Origin: Leucoraja ocellata
Lineage: Eukaryota
Reading direction: 5' to 3'
Assembly: GCA_036785375.1 (NCBI GenBank)
Contig: JAWMAR010000070.1
Location: 4,402,001-4,466,000, forward strand
DNA: 64,000 nt
Positions 52,264 through 64,000 of this stretch are shown here, in pieces. The translations under genes and the position numbers were made by a program. A model generated the notes under the pieces. That model made no database searches. It was not told the DNA's origin and saw nothing but the letters and a program-made list of their open reading frames with translations. Numbering within the stretch: the stretch's first letter is position 1; the number at the start of each line of letters is the position of its first letter.

Positions 52264-52584
52264 CGTCAGATACTTGGAGATGTACGATAAATATTGGACG
52301 GTCGGCAGGTGTAGTAATTCCACAGCTGTACCATCCTGTATCTCCAGGGTGAAGATCCTCCACAGTCACAGCAAATATTCTTAGTGCCGGTATATCTGTG
52401 ATTGACACTCTTCCACTCCGTCCGCGTTGCCCATTTGTTCCCACTAAAACTGTACACGAGCGATTCTTCCCACGGCACCAGTATTTTGTTTGTGAGCGGT
52501 ACTCTGCTGCATAGTGACAATCGATTGTGATCGCTCTTCCCACAACTCCTCTTACAACCGTCTCTGCCCACACTGCATCTGAAA
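52264..52584 (-). CDS. Gene D V3 exon
   Basis: ORF 52244-52573. Confidence 0.92.
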
Positions 52585-53538
52585 CTGAGGGGAGAAACTT
52601 TCAGATGGACCAGTTGACCAGGGAGTTACGGAGCGAACGGTGTCTTCGGAAAGCGGTGGAGATGGAAAGGTGTGGCTAGTTATCTGGTTATGGGATCCCG
52701 TTGGAGGTGGCGAAAATGTTGGAGGAGTATATGTTGCGTGCGACGGCTGATGGGGGTGAAAGATGAGTTTATTTTGCTTACCACCGGGGAAATGTCCGGG
52801 TGTACAGTGGCTGTTGGGGGTGGGGGCCCATTGATGGGGCAGAGGGGGAGAGAGAGAGAGAGCGCGGGATGGGGAGGGAATGACTGATCGTTGAGGTGAG
52901 AGCGGGAAGCGGTATGAACTGCACCGGGAGGACTGATGAGCTCTGGGGACTGATATTTTTTTTAACTCTCCGGGTATTCAGACCGCGAGCAACACTTGTT
53001 CTTCACTGTGGGATTATAAGTTTGAGTCTGAATGCAAACTTCTGACGGGTGACATTTCATACAGTTCAGAGGAAGGGAAATGCGCTGAGTATTCCACTTG
53101 AAGTGAAAAGTGAAGTGAAAGTGAAGTTAAATCCCACTTTTCAAGAAAGGAGCAAGAGAGAAAACGGGAAATTACGGACCAGTTAGCCTGACTTCGGTGC
53201 GGGAAAGATGCCGGAGTCAATTATTAAAGAGGTAATAATGGGGCATTTGGATAGCAGTAAAATAATTAGTCCAAGTCAGCATGGATTTATGAAAGGAAAA
53301 TCATGCCTGACTAATCTTCTGGAATTTTTTGAGGATGTGGCAAGTAAAATGGACGAAGGTGAGCCAGTGAATGTAGTGTATCTAGACTTCAAGAAATCCT
53401 TTGTTAAGGTTCCGCACGGCAGACTGGTGACTAAAATGAGAGCGCATGGAAGGGTGTTGACGTGGATAGGAAATTGGTTGGCAGACAGGAAGCAAAGAGT
53501 AGGAGTGAACGGGTCCTTTTCAGAATGGCGGGAAGTGG

Positions 53539-53650
53539 CGGCACCAGTATTTTGTGTGTGAGTGATACTCTGCTGCATAGTGACAATCGATTGTAAACAC
53601 ACTTCCTACAACTGCTCTTACATACGTCTCTCCCCACACTGCACCTGAAA
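53539..53650 (-). pseudogene. Gene D truncated V2 exon
   Basis: Reads to KYWCR, then joins the CR1 fragment (HFPPF*); 250-bp deletion relative to gene C 36474-36723. Confidence 0.9.
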
Positions 53651-54253
53651 CTGAAGGGGAGAAACTTTCAGATGGAGAGCAAATGAACAGTTTAGTGGAA
53701 ATAGATACATTTTCAAGATTCCATGAAAGAAAACTTAAATAGTTCCATGATGTGTCATATTGCTTCACGGCCAATGTCTCCTGTCTGAAGTGCAGGCAGT
53801 GCTGTTATTGTACCAGTTGTGTCAGTGTTCTGTCCCCGGGTCAGTACAATTAGGGTTCACTTCCCACTCCAGATCCCTGAGCAGAAACTGGGCTGGGATC
53901 GCAGTGCGGTACTGAGGGAGCGCGGCAGTGTTGCAGGAGCTGCCTTTCAACAATCCCAGGCGGTGCCCGGCCTCTCACCCCACGAAAGACCCCACTTTGC
54001 TATTTCATTGGCGGTGACAATTACTTCACAGCAGTTATCAGGCATCTGAATCATCCTACCACGCCCAGAGATCTGTCCTGAACTCCCATCTACCTCTTTG
54101 ACGACCCTCGGACCACCCTTGATCGGACTTTGCTGCCTTTACCTTACACTAAACGTTATTTAATTTTCATGTATCTATGCACTGTAGGAGTATCGATTGT
54201 AATCCTGTATTGTCTTTCTGCTGGAGACGTCAATCAATCGCTGCGAAACGTAC

Positions 54254-54574
54254 CGTCAGATACTTGGAGATAAACGATAAATATTGGATGGTCGGCAGAT
54301 GTCTTAATTCCACATCTGTACCATCCTGTATCTCCATCCTGAAGATCGTCAACAGTCACAGTAAATATCCCTCGTGCCGGGTTATCTGTGATTGACACTC
54401 TTCCACTCCGTCCGTGTAGGCCATTTGTTTCCACCAAAACTGTACATTGGGGTCTCCTCCCACGGCACCAGTATTTTGTGTGTGAGCGGTACTCTGCTGC
54501 ATAGTAACAATCGATTGTGGTCGCTGTTCCCACAACTCCTCTTACATACCACTTTGCCCACAGTGCACCTGAAA
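54254..54574 (-). CDS. Gene D V1 exon
   Basis: ORF 54234-54533 extended to the acceptor. Confidence 0.92.
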
Positions 54575-54645
54575 CTGAGGCGAGAAACTTTCAGCTGGAG
54601 AGAAAATGAACTGTTTAATGGAAATAGATACATTTTGAAGATTAC

Positions 54646-55230
54646 TTCTTCATATAAACTTCTACATCGCCTCCAATGCATTCAGAACTCTGCAGCCCGG
54701 ATCATCACCCGCACCAGATCATCGGACCACATCACACCCATCCTCACTCAGCTCCACTGGCTCCCTGTGCACCACCGGATTAACTGCAAGATTTTACTGC
54801 TGACCTTCAAAGCCCTACCGCACCTTGCTCCCCAATACCTCTCTGACCTGCTGCTACCATACACTCCTTCCCGGTCAATTCGTTCCTCCTCAGCTGCAAT
54901 TTTAACTGTCCCCACATTTAGACTCAGCACAATGGTTGCCAGAGCCTTTGGCTGCTCTGCCCCACGTCTCTGGAACACTCTCCCACCTCCCTTCCGTCAC
55001 CTGGACACTATCGATCAATTCAAATCACAACTCAAAACACACCTGTTTAGATTAGCATACCCGACAAAACTTCCACCATGTTCACCCTGATTTGAATGAC
55101 TTAAAATATTTTGTGTGTTTTTTTGTTTTTTGTTTTTTGGCAACTTAATTTTAATATTGATTATTGTATTGTGATTTTATGTCCTGTAATGTGTCCTTGG
55201 GTGTCCAGAGAGGCGCCAGCAAATAAAATG

Positions 55231-55306
<76 letters not shown>
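54646..55306 (+). mobile_element. L2 3' fragment with (ATT)n tail and apparent 5-bp TSD attac
   Basis: attac at 54641-54645 and 55307-55311; single attac at the empty site in gene C. Confidence 0.88.
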
Positions 55307-55311
<5 letters not shown>

Positions 55312-56824
55312 ATGAAAGAAAACTTAAATCGTTCCATGATGTGTTATATTGCTTCACGGCCAATGTCTCCGGTCTGAATTGCAGGCAGTGCTGTTATTGA
55401 ACCAGTTGTGTCAGTGTTCTGTCCCCGGTTCAGTACAATTTGGGTTCACTTCCCACTCCAGATCCCTGAGCAGAAACTGGGCTGGGATCGCAGTGCGGTA
55501 CTGAGGGAGCGCGGCAGTGTTGCAGGAGCTGCCTTTCAACAATCCGAGGCGGTGCCCGGCCTCTCACCCCACAGAAATACCCCACTTTGCTATTTCATTG
55601 GCGGTGCCGCCAGCTGCGCTGCCAACATTCATCTCTCAACCGACACTGGGCAGGACCCGTGTTTTTTTAAATTATCAAATAATTTATTCAATTATTAAAA
55701 ATAGTATTTACACTACAATAAAACAAGAACCCAGCACCATAATACAAGACAAACAAATATACTAAATACACTACTATACAACTATGTTACAATGCTTGTC
55801 AAGGATGTACTCAACCACAGGCGGTGCCCAGATATCCCGGAAATCCCCTAGGTGCCCGTGGACAGCGCCTGGTCCTTCTCGAGTCCCACACGGACGCGGA
55901 AAGCCGACCCGTGTTTAGACATTCACCGCCGACAATGCTTTCCAACGCCCTGACTGAGAACAGAGGACGGACGAGTTACGGGTCCATTAACGGAGAGCGT
56001 TAGTAGCGTGACAACGCACACCGCCAGTTTCGGGGAATGTTTCTTCCCAGCTGTAATCAGACATCGGAATCATCCTCCCATAACCAGAGAGCAGTGCTGA
56101 ACTATCTACCTCTTTGGTGACCCTGAGACTACCCTTGATCGGACTTTGCTGGTCTTACCTTACACTAAACGCTATTTCCCATTCATGTATCTATGCACTG
56201 TAAGATGATCGACTGTAATCATGTATCTGGCAGGTTAGAACGCAACAAAACGCTTTTCTCTGTAACTCTGTACACGTGACAATAAACTGAACTTAAATTT
56301 CAGCACGATTGGGCCGCGGATCCGAGAGTGGATGGAGAGAGAGTTGGGAGTGGGTGGATAGAGCGAGGACAGTGGTTCAGTCTCAGACTCCGGGGAATTG
56401 TTGGGTTTGCGACAGAGTTGAGTTCGACAAATGCAGTGAATATTTGAACTGACACAATGAGACCACAATCCTGACTTCCACCTCAGTTGTAAACACATTT
56501 TGTTAGTGTAGAATTAACTTCCTGGTGATGTTGGTACCTCTATCCTTCGGTCCAGGTGTCTTGGAGTATCTGCTCCAAATACATTCGCTATTTTATGCCT
56601 ATAAACTATCATCAGGATGCAATTAGACCACGTGTTAACGGTGGTTAAACTACGAACATAGTCTAGATATTCAAATGTGATTTCAGATCCATCACCACAA
56701 TGCACTGAGTTCCATCTCCCCCATTACATGTCTACACACACTTAACCATCTGTGCTGTGGAAAGGGTGCACGGGACCCCAACTAACATTGATCATTGGAT
56801 TATCAAGATCTGACTTTCACTCAC

Positions 56825-56861
56825 CCGGCAGCGAGGAGATGAGAAGAATGGGAATCCACAT
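56825..56861 (-). CDS. Gene D leader exon
   Basis: MWIPILLISSLP, G|GTGAGT donor. Confidence 0.92.
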
Positions 56862-56963
56862 TGTTTTATCCACAGTGACAAGGCCAGCACTTTTCTGTCT
56901 GTCGCTCAGCTCTGAGCTTTCAGAGACAACCGCGTCTCTCAAATAGCAATGACTTAGAAGGGA

Positions 56964-56988
56964 ACAGGAAGTAAGATCGTGAACCACA
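56964..56988. promoter_or_regulatory. ETS+RUNX composite upstream of gene D
   Basis: ACAGGAAGT and AACCACA. Confidence 0.55.
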
Positions 56989-58849
56989 GCGAGCCAGCAG
57001 CAGCTCGACACGATGTAGTGTGAAAGGCTCAGGGTTATATTTAGCAAATGGTTGGGTCAGATGATCACAGAATCATACGTCACGGAAACAGGCCCATCTC
57101 CCCAAATCGTTAGACCAATATGCTCATCTAAGTTAGTCAAATTTGCCCACGCTCGACCCATATCTCCCCAAACCTTCCCTATCCATGGACCTGGTCAAGC
57201 GCCGGTTATCTTTGTACTCAGAGCCTGTTAACACTGAACTGTGGTGGAAATATTGACAGACAAAAAAAATGCAGGGGCAACTCTGCGGGCCCGTCAGCAC
57301 CTCTGGAGAAAATGGATAGATGACGTTTCGGGTCGGGACCCTTCGTGTAAACAATGATACGTTGTATAAAATATGACAATTAGAAGAGTAAAAAATAGGT
57401 TCCACTGTACTGTTTTGTACTGTATTCACTTCTAATAAAATAAACAAAAAAAAATAAAGAAGAATAAAAACGTCGAAGATGTGTACACTTCCGGATCCTT
57501 CCCATTTGATGATTTTGTAAGTGGACCGGCAGACCAAAAACATGGAACTTTTGTTTTGGCATATTGCTGAAGTGATACACTTAGTGAAGTTAAAGCAAGG
57601 TAGAATATGCACGGTGAATTGAATTGAATTGTTAACTTGTCTTCTTCACAAGTGCTGATAAATTATCAGAGTTATGGTCATCTACATTCCATTGGTTGAT
57701 TCTGGACATCTGCTTGCAACTATTTCATTCTGTAGGCAACGAGTTTCTTTATAATATGACTTAATATCTGCTGCGGGCTATCGGTCTGGATGTGTTACTT
57801 TCAGGGGAACGGTACAGTTTATTCGGATTGTGTCCGTCAATGGCATTATTGTGTATCACGTGGTATCGGTGTAACACACTGATGTGTCCGCCACTGATGT
57901 TAGCTGAGCGTTGGCGACCCTCAGTAAAGTATATTTTGTTCGGAGCTATTTCCTGTTTACTTGCCCAACTAATCACACTGCAGAGAGGAACCGACGATGC
58001 AGCAAAACAATTTAATCCTGTCTTCATTCGCCATTGACCCATGACTTCTGCAAACACTGCTCAGCAATCAGTGTTAGACCGAGTTGCTCGCAAGACGCGG
58101 TTCAGAGATACGAATCTACACACTCTTGTTTCAGCAGCGCGAGCAAAGTGTCAGCACTGCAGAACAATTCAGTGTAAAGGGAGAAATGACTGTTTGATCA
58201 TATTAGATTCAAGTACATTGGAGCAAGTCAGCTCCCACCGCTAAACAGAACAGTGACATCGACCCGAAATGCCACCCGTTCTTTCCTTCGAGTGATGCCG
58301 CCCTTCCCGCGGAGTTGCTCCAGTATTTTGTGTATATCTGTGGCATCTCAGACCATTTATCTCTCATTATCTGAGAGGCACTTTGGGATGTCCTGCAGTG
58401 GGGAAATGATCCAACTCAAGATCATTTCTCCCATTAGACCATTAACAAGCTCTATTTGAACGGGCCAGGCAGCATCAATGTGACCACAGAATCTGTAAGT
58501 ATATCTGGCTATTCAGCACCCGTCCCTGACCTGGGGGTTTGTGAGTTCAAAGCAGTCTCTGGTCTCATTTCCGCGTCTCCCCGCTTACTGTGTGGAGAAT
58601 ATTTATCTTTGTCAGTGGGACATTTTAGCAATCTTTGAATCTTTCCGAACTTTATGGCGGTTACTCTGTTATTGCAAGTCACCATTTTGTATTCGCAAAC
58701 AACATCCTTCATAGTTCTTTCATGGGCGGGGCTACAGTCACGAGTCAGACTAAGGAAAGCAACACAATGTATTTGCAGTTTCACACCCCGCGCTTTGCAA
58801 GCTGCAACTCACCAATTTTGTTCTGCACAAGAATAGACTTTCCTCTAGT

Positions 58850-59150
58850 TTAGTTTAGTTTAGTTTAGTTTGGAGATACAGCGAGGAAACAGGCCCTTCG
58901 GCCCACCGAGTCCACACTGACCAGCAATCCCCGCACATTAACACTACCCCACACACACTGGGGACGATTTACATTTATAGCAAGCCAATTAACCAACCGA
59001 CATGTACGTCCTCGGAGATCTCGGAGAAAACACGATGTTATGGGGAGAACGTACAAACTCCGCACAGACAGCTCCCGCAGTCGGGATCGAACCCGGGTCT
59101 TCGGCGCTGCAAGCGTTGTAAGGCAGCATCTCTACCGTTGCGCCCCATTG
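58850..59150 (-). mobile_element. HE1/V-SINE, near full length
   Basis: tRNA-like head, V core, (gttta)n tail. Confidence 0.8.
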
Positions 59151-59519
59151 GCCATTGTTTGTAGTCCTTTAACTCCTTTGCACGGTGGCAAAATGAACAA
59201 CTCGTTGCAGCATTAAAATGTTTATCAATATTACGGTACTCAAAAGACGTGAACGTGGTGTGATATAGAACTCGTGTGAAAGGGTTGATTACTGGTTGAC
59301 GTGGACTCGGTGGGCCAAATGGTCTGTATCCATGCTGTATCTTCCAATTACTTAATCCAAAAAAATGTTAGAAACATAGAAACATAGAAAATAGGTGCAG
59401 GAGTAGGCCATTCGGCCCATCGAGCCTGCACCGCCGTTCAATATGATCATGGCTGATCATCCAACTCAGTATCCTGTACCTGCCTTCTATCCATACCCCC
59501 TGATCCCTTTAGCCATGTA

Positions 59520-60040
59520 CAACATGCTGGAGTAACTCAGCGGGACAGGTAGCATATCTGGATGAAAGGAATGGGTGACGTTTCGGGTCGAGACCCTTCT
59601 TCAGGTTAAAGTCAGGGGAGAGGGTTAAGGAATAGTAAGGTGTGAAAACGGGACAAAGGCTTTGCAGATCAAAGGAAATATAGAATAGGTCATTGTTAGC
59701 TGGGAGAAGGTAACAATAAAGTAATTAGAGATAAAACGTAGTCGGAGACCGTCAGACTGATCGGATAACTGGGAAGGGGGGGGGGGGGGGGTGTTGGATT
59801 GAGAGGGAATGCAAGGATTACTTGAAGTTAGATAAGTCACCGTTCACACCGCTGGGATGTAACCAACCCAAGCGAAACATGAGGTGCAGTTCCTCCAATT
59901 TGTGCGGCAACTTACTCTGACAATGGAGCATGCCCAGGACAGGAATGTCAGTGTGGGAATGGGAGGGAGGAGTTACCGTGTTTAGCGACCGGGGTATCAG
60001 GTAGGGGCGGACTCAACGGAGGTGTTCAGCAAAACGATCG
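59520..60040 (-). mobile_element. Penelope-like element 3' fragment
   Basis: GIY-YIG C-terminal-like sequence plus terminal repeat. Confidence 0.75.
59577..59604 (-). ncRNA. Minimal hammerhead ribozyme motif (Penelope-associated)
   Basis: CUGAAGA-A-GGGUC-UC-GACCC-GAAAC-GUC: complete core, perfect stem II, palindromic ACGU in place of stem III. Confidence 0.6.
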
Positions 60041-61310
60041 CCGAGAAGCGAGAACAATCGCAGGCTCAGCAATCGTTTCGCTGAACACCGCCCCCCAGTC
60101 TGCCTACCCCTACCTGATCTATCTACTGATGCCGCCTGTCACGCTGAGTTACCCCAGCAATTTATGTCTATCTTCAGTTTAAACCAGCATCTGCAGTCCC
60201 TTCCTACCTAAAAATTAGTTGCATATCGGCAATGAAATCTGTACATGTTGGATGTGCTTAGCGCGTCAGTCAGCGTCTGTGCAGAGAAAAATAAGGCTAA
60301 TAGTCAGAACAATGCCGTTGCATAATTTTGGTCTGATGGGATAGCACAATCTGAAAGATTAATTGAATGTCTTCCCTAATCGCCTTTAATGTTTGGCAAC
60401 AAGAGGAATATCCAGCAGTCTAATCAAAACAAATTAGACAAACCGTTTATTGACAACAACCATTTATTAAGAAGCATTCTGTTGCATTATTATTCATTAA
60501 TCTGTGGAAAAAAAATCCAGGAAATTGTATGCATATAATATAGTTTAACATAGGATAAAACTCTGAAGCAGCATAAACCACGCAAAGGTTAAAACAATAG
60601 TTCGAAGCTGACGACAGAAACCTTGGAAGAGGTGGCAAAAATTAAGATGGTGCAAGCTAGGAGTCTTCATTGTAATTCGTGGGTCGAGTGGCGAGGTTCT
60701 GTGTCATCGCGTCTCTGCAAAAGACAATGTGAAGTCATCAGACATACTGACAGTGGGAACCACGCTTTATTTGTCCCGGCCACTCCCAACACATTGCTGT
60801 CTGCAAGATGCTAATCCTCGAATTAGTTAATCCAATACCAACGAACCCACACCGGGCACAGAAATCCACCCTGCACGCGTACAACCTGACAGAACCTCGT
60901 GATATCATCTACACAGAGATTTGGTTTAACTTCAGGATATGAAAACGTGCACGATTTTTGTTTCTATCGATGGACAGGATATATGAAAGCATTAATGGAA
61001 ACCGTTTGGAAACACTCGGCGAAGAGAAGGGATTGCTTTGGGCGAATCCCTTCTGGTAAATCTATGTATTTCATTGCCACAGGAGGCTGTGGAGGCCAAG
61101 TTAATTCACACCGGAGATGCTGCCTGTCCCGCTGAGCTACTCCAGCATTTTTGTATCTGTCCAAATCAATTGATATTTTTATGGCGGATATTTTCATTTT
61201 CTTGATAAATAAGGATGTCAATGGTTACGGGGAGAAGGCAGGTGAATAGGATCGAGAGAGAAGGATAGATCAGCCGTGATTGGGGGCCGATTAGATATGA
61301 TGAGCTGAAC

Positions 61311-63770
61311 GGAGGAAGAGGATTTCTTGGAATGTATGCGGGATAGTTTTCTAAACCAACATGTAGAGGAACCAACGGGAGAGCAGGCTATTCTAGACTG
61401 GGTATTGAGTAATGAGGAAGGGTTAGTTAGAAGTCTTGTTGTGCGTGGCTCCTTGGGCAAGAGTGATCATAATATGGTTGAGTTCTTCATTAGCATGGAA
61501 AGTGACATTGTTAATTCAGAAAAAAGGCTCCTGAACTTAAAGAAAGGTAACTGTGAGAGTATGAGACGTGAATTGGCGAAGATAGACTGGCAATTGATTC
61601 TAAATGGGTTGACGGTGGATATGCAATGGAAGGCATTTAAAGACTGCATGGATGAACTACAACAATTGTTCATCCCAGTTTGGCAAAAAAAATAAATCAG
61701 GGAAGGTAGTGCATCCGTGGATAACCAGGGAAATCAGGGATAGTATCAAAACAAGAGATGAAGCGTACAAATTAGCCAGAAAAAGCAGCCTACCAGAGGA
61801 CTGGGAGAAATTCAGAGACCAGCAGAGGAGGACAAAGGGCTTAATTAGGAAAGGGAAAATAGATTATGAAAGAAAACTGGCAGAGAACATAAAAACTGAC
61901 TGCAAAAGCTTTTATAGATATGTGAAGAGACAAAAGGTTAGTTAAAACGAATGTAGGTCCCTTACAGTCAGAAACAGGTGAATTGATCATTGGGAACAAG
62001 GACATGGCAGACCAATTGAATAACTACTTTGGTTCTGTCTTCTCTAAGGAAGACATAAATAATCTGCCGGAAATCGCAGGGGATCAGGGGTCAAATGAGT
62101 TGGAGGAACTGAGTGAAATCCAGGTTAGCCGGAACGTGGAGTTAGGTAAATTGAATGGATTAAAGGCCGATAAATCCCCAGGGCCAGATAGGCTGCATCC
62201 CAGAGTACTTAAGGAAGTAGCCCCAGAAATAGTGGATGCATTAGTGATAATTTTTCAAAACTCTTTAGATTCTGGTAGTTCTTGAGGATTGGAGGGTAGC
62301 TAATGTAACCCCAATTTTTAAAAAGGGAGGGAGAGATAAAACGGGGAATTACAAACCAGTTAGTCTAACGTCGGTAGTGGGGAAACTGCTAGAATCAGTT
62401 ATTAAAGATGGGATAGCAGCGCATTTGGAAAGTGGTGAAATCATTGGACAAAGTCAGCATGGTTTTACGAAAAGAAAATCATGTCTGACGAATCTTATAG
62501 AATTTTTCGAGGATGTAATTAGTAGAGTGGATAAGGGAGAACCAGTGGATGTGTTATATCTGGACTTTCAGAAGGTTTTCGAAAAGGTCCCACATAAGAG
62601 ATTAGTATACAAACTTAAAGCACACGGTTTGGGGGTTCAGTATTGATGTGGATAGAGAACTGGCAGACAAGAAGCAAAGAGTAGTAGTAAACGGGTCCTT
62701 TTCACAATGGCAGGCAGTGACTAGTGGGGTACCGCAAGGCTCAGTTCTGGGACCCCAGCTATTTACGATATATATTAATGATTTGGAGGAGGGAATTGAA
62801 TGCAACATCTCCAAGTTTGCGGATGACACGAAGCTTGGGGGGCGGGGGGGGGGGGGGGGGGGGGGCAGTGTTATATGTGAGGAGGATGCTAGGAGGCTGC
62901 AAGGTGACTTGGATAGGCTGGGTGAGTGGGCAAATGCATGGCAGATGCAATTTAATGTGGATAAATGTGAAGTTATCCACTTTGATGGCAAAACAGGAAA
63001 GTAGACTTATAATCTGAATGGTGGCCGATTAGGAAAGGGGGAGATGCAACGAGACCTGGGTGTCATGGTACTCCAGTCATTAAACGTAGACATGCAGGTG
63101 CAGCAGGCAGTGAAGAAGGCGAATGGTATGTTAGCATTCATAGCAAAAGGATTTAAGTATAAGAGCAGGAAGGTTCAACTGCAGTTGTACAGGGTCTTGG
63201 TGAGACCACGCCTGGAGTATTGCGTACAGTTTTGGTCTCCTAATCTGAGGAAATATATTCTTGCCATAGAGGGAGCACAGAGAAGGTTCACCAGACTGAT
63301 TCCTGGGATGTCAGGACTTTCATATGAAGAAACACTGGATAGACTCGGTTTGTACTCGCTAGAATTTAGAAGATTGAGGGGGGATCTTATAGAAACTTAC
63401 AACATTCTTAAGGGGTTGGACAGGCTAGATGCAGGAATATTGTTCCCGATGTTCGGGAAGTCCAGAACAAGGGGTCACAGTTTAAGCATAAGGGGGAAAT
63501 ATTTTAGGACTGAGATGAGGAAATCATTTTTCACATAGAGAGTGGTGAATCTCTGGAATTCTCTGCCGCAGAAGGTATTCGAGGCCAGTTCATTGGCTAT
63601 ATTTAAGAGGGAGTTAGATGTGGCCCTTGTGGCTAAAGGGATCAGGGGGTATGGAGAGAAGGCAGGTACAGGATACTGAGTTGGATGATCAGCCATGATC
63701 ATATTGAATGGCGATGCAGGCTCTAAGGGCCGAATGGCCTAGTCCTGCACCTATTTTCTATGTTTCTATG
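61311..63770 (+). mobile_element. 5'-truncated CR1 LINE (~2.46 kb; endonuclease C-terminus, RT, 3' end), frameshifted
   Basis: ORFs 61327-63538 (LGKSDHN, PGPDRLHPRVLKE, FADDTKL); inserted at gctgaa^tggcctaatt, empty in gene C (~26475). Confidence 0.95.
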
Positions 63771-63819
63771 GCCTAATTCTGCTCCTATAATTCATGAACA
63801 TGATGACAGTAAAACCTAC

Positions 63820-63910
63820 CTTAGAGTCTCTTGTGAACACCGCGGTTGAGATACTCCAGATCACAAGCAGGAGAAAGAACATCCAGCGCCCCACTTCCCA
63901 TGAGATGTAA
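63820..63910 (-). CDS. Gene E TM exon with membrane Arg
   Basis: YISWEVGRWMFFLLLVIWSISTAVFTRDSK, canonical sites. Confidence 0.83.
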
Positions 63911-64000
63911 CTGGGCAAAGGTCAAGAAATACAGAGTCAATGGGAGGAAACGAGACGGTTAATCTTTGAAGCATTTACCTGTTATTTGCTTCATAATCTT

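Larger units (their letters stand above)
42170..56861 (-). other. Gene D: activating-type paralog L-V1-(psiV2)-V3-C2a-V4-C2b-miniexon-stalk-TM(Arg); V2 and terminal exon damaged
   Basis: Exons listed separately; deletions at 53540 and 42288. Confidence 0.78.
60766..64000 (-). other. Gene E (3' end only): stalk (63979 to window edge), Arg-TM exon, candidate terminal exon ~60770-60908
   Basis: Paralogy to the 3' end of gene C; minus AATAAA at 60766-60771. Confidence 0.75.

Noticed and set aside
23000-58000. Repeat units as a pure assembly duplication artefact
   Set aside because: The units differ by many substitutions, by distinct TE insertions with TSDs and by distinct deletions, although haplotype mixing cannot be fully excluded.
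1-64000. CRISPR arrays, rRNA or bona fide tRNA genes
   Set aside because: None seen; the tRNA-like segments are SINE heads or the retroelement PBS.

Overview
Eukaryotic vertebrate genomic DNA, most likely a cartilaginous fish (skate/ray). That assignment is inferred from its HE1/V-SINE, SacSINE-like, CR1, L2 and Penelope-like repeats. The window is a tandem cluster (16-20 kb repeat units) of minus-strand, multi-exon Ig-superfamily receptor genes. Their V domains are CD300/pIgR-type and their second Ig type is C2-like, resembling the skate modular domain immune-type receptors (MDIR). I resolved 4 leader exons, 13 V exons (11 intact, 2 truncated), 5 C2-like exons, 3 Cys mini-exons, candidate stalk exons and 4 TM exons, with GT-AG boundaries and compatible phases (the two truncated V exons lack donors). 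Gene B (23290->11162) is a complete predicted 590-aa inhibitory receptor: L-V-V-V-C2-TM plus a tail with three ITIMs. Genes C (39350->~25900), D (56861->~42170, damaged) and E (3' end only, right edge) instead carry a TM exon with a membrane Arg (WEVGRW), predicting adaptor-coupled activating receptors. Gene A begins at 2885 and runs off the left edge. The cluster therefore looks like a paired activating/inhibitory receptor system reshaped by exon-cassette deletion and gene conversion. Also present are an LTR-retroelement remnant (LTR, tRNA-Ser PBS, splice donor) and ~95-bp Penelope-derived insertions that begin at a hammerhead-ribozyme core and have target-site duplications. Exon models come from manual reading without transcript data, and repeat boundaries are approximate.
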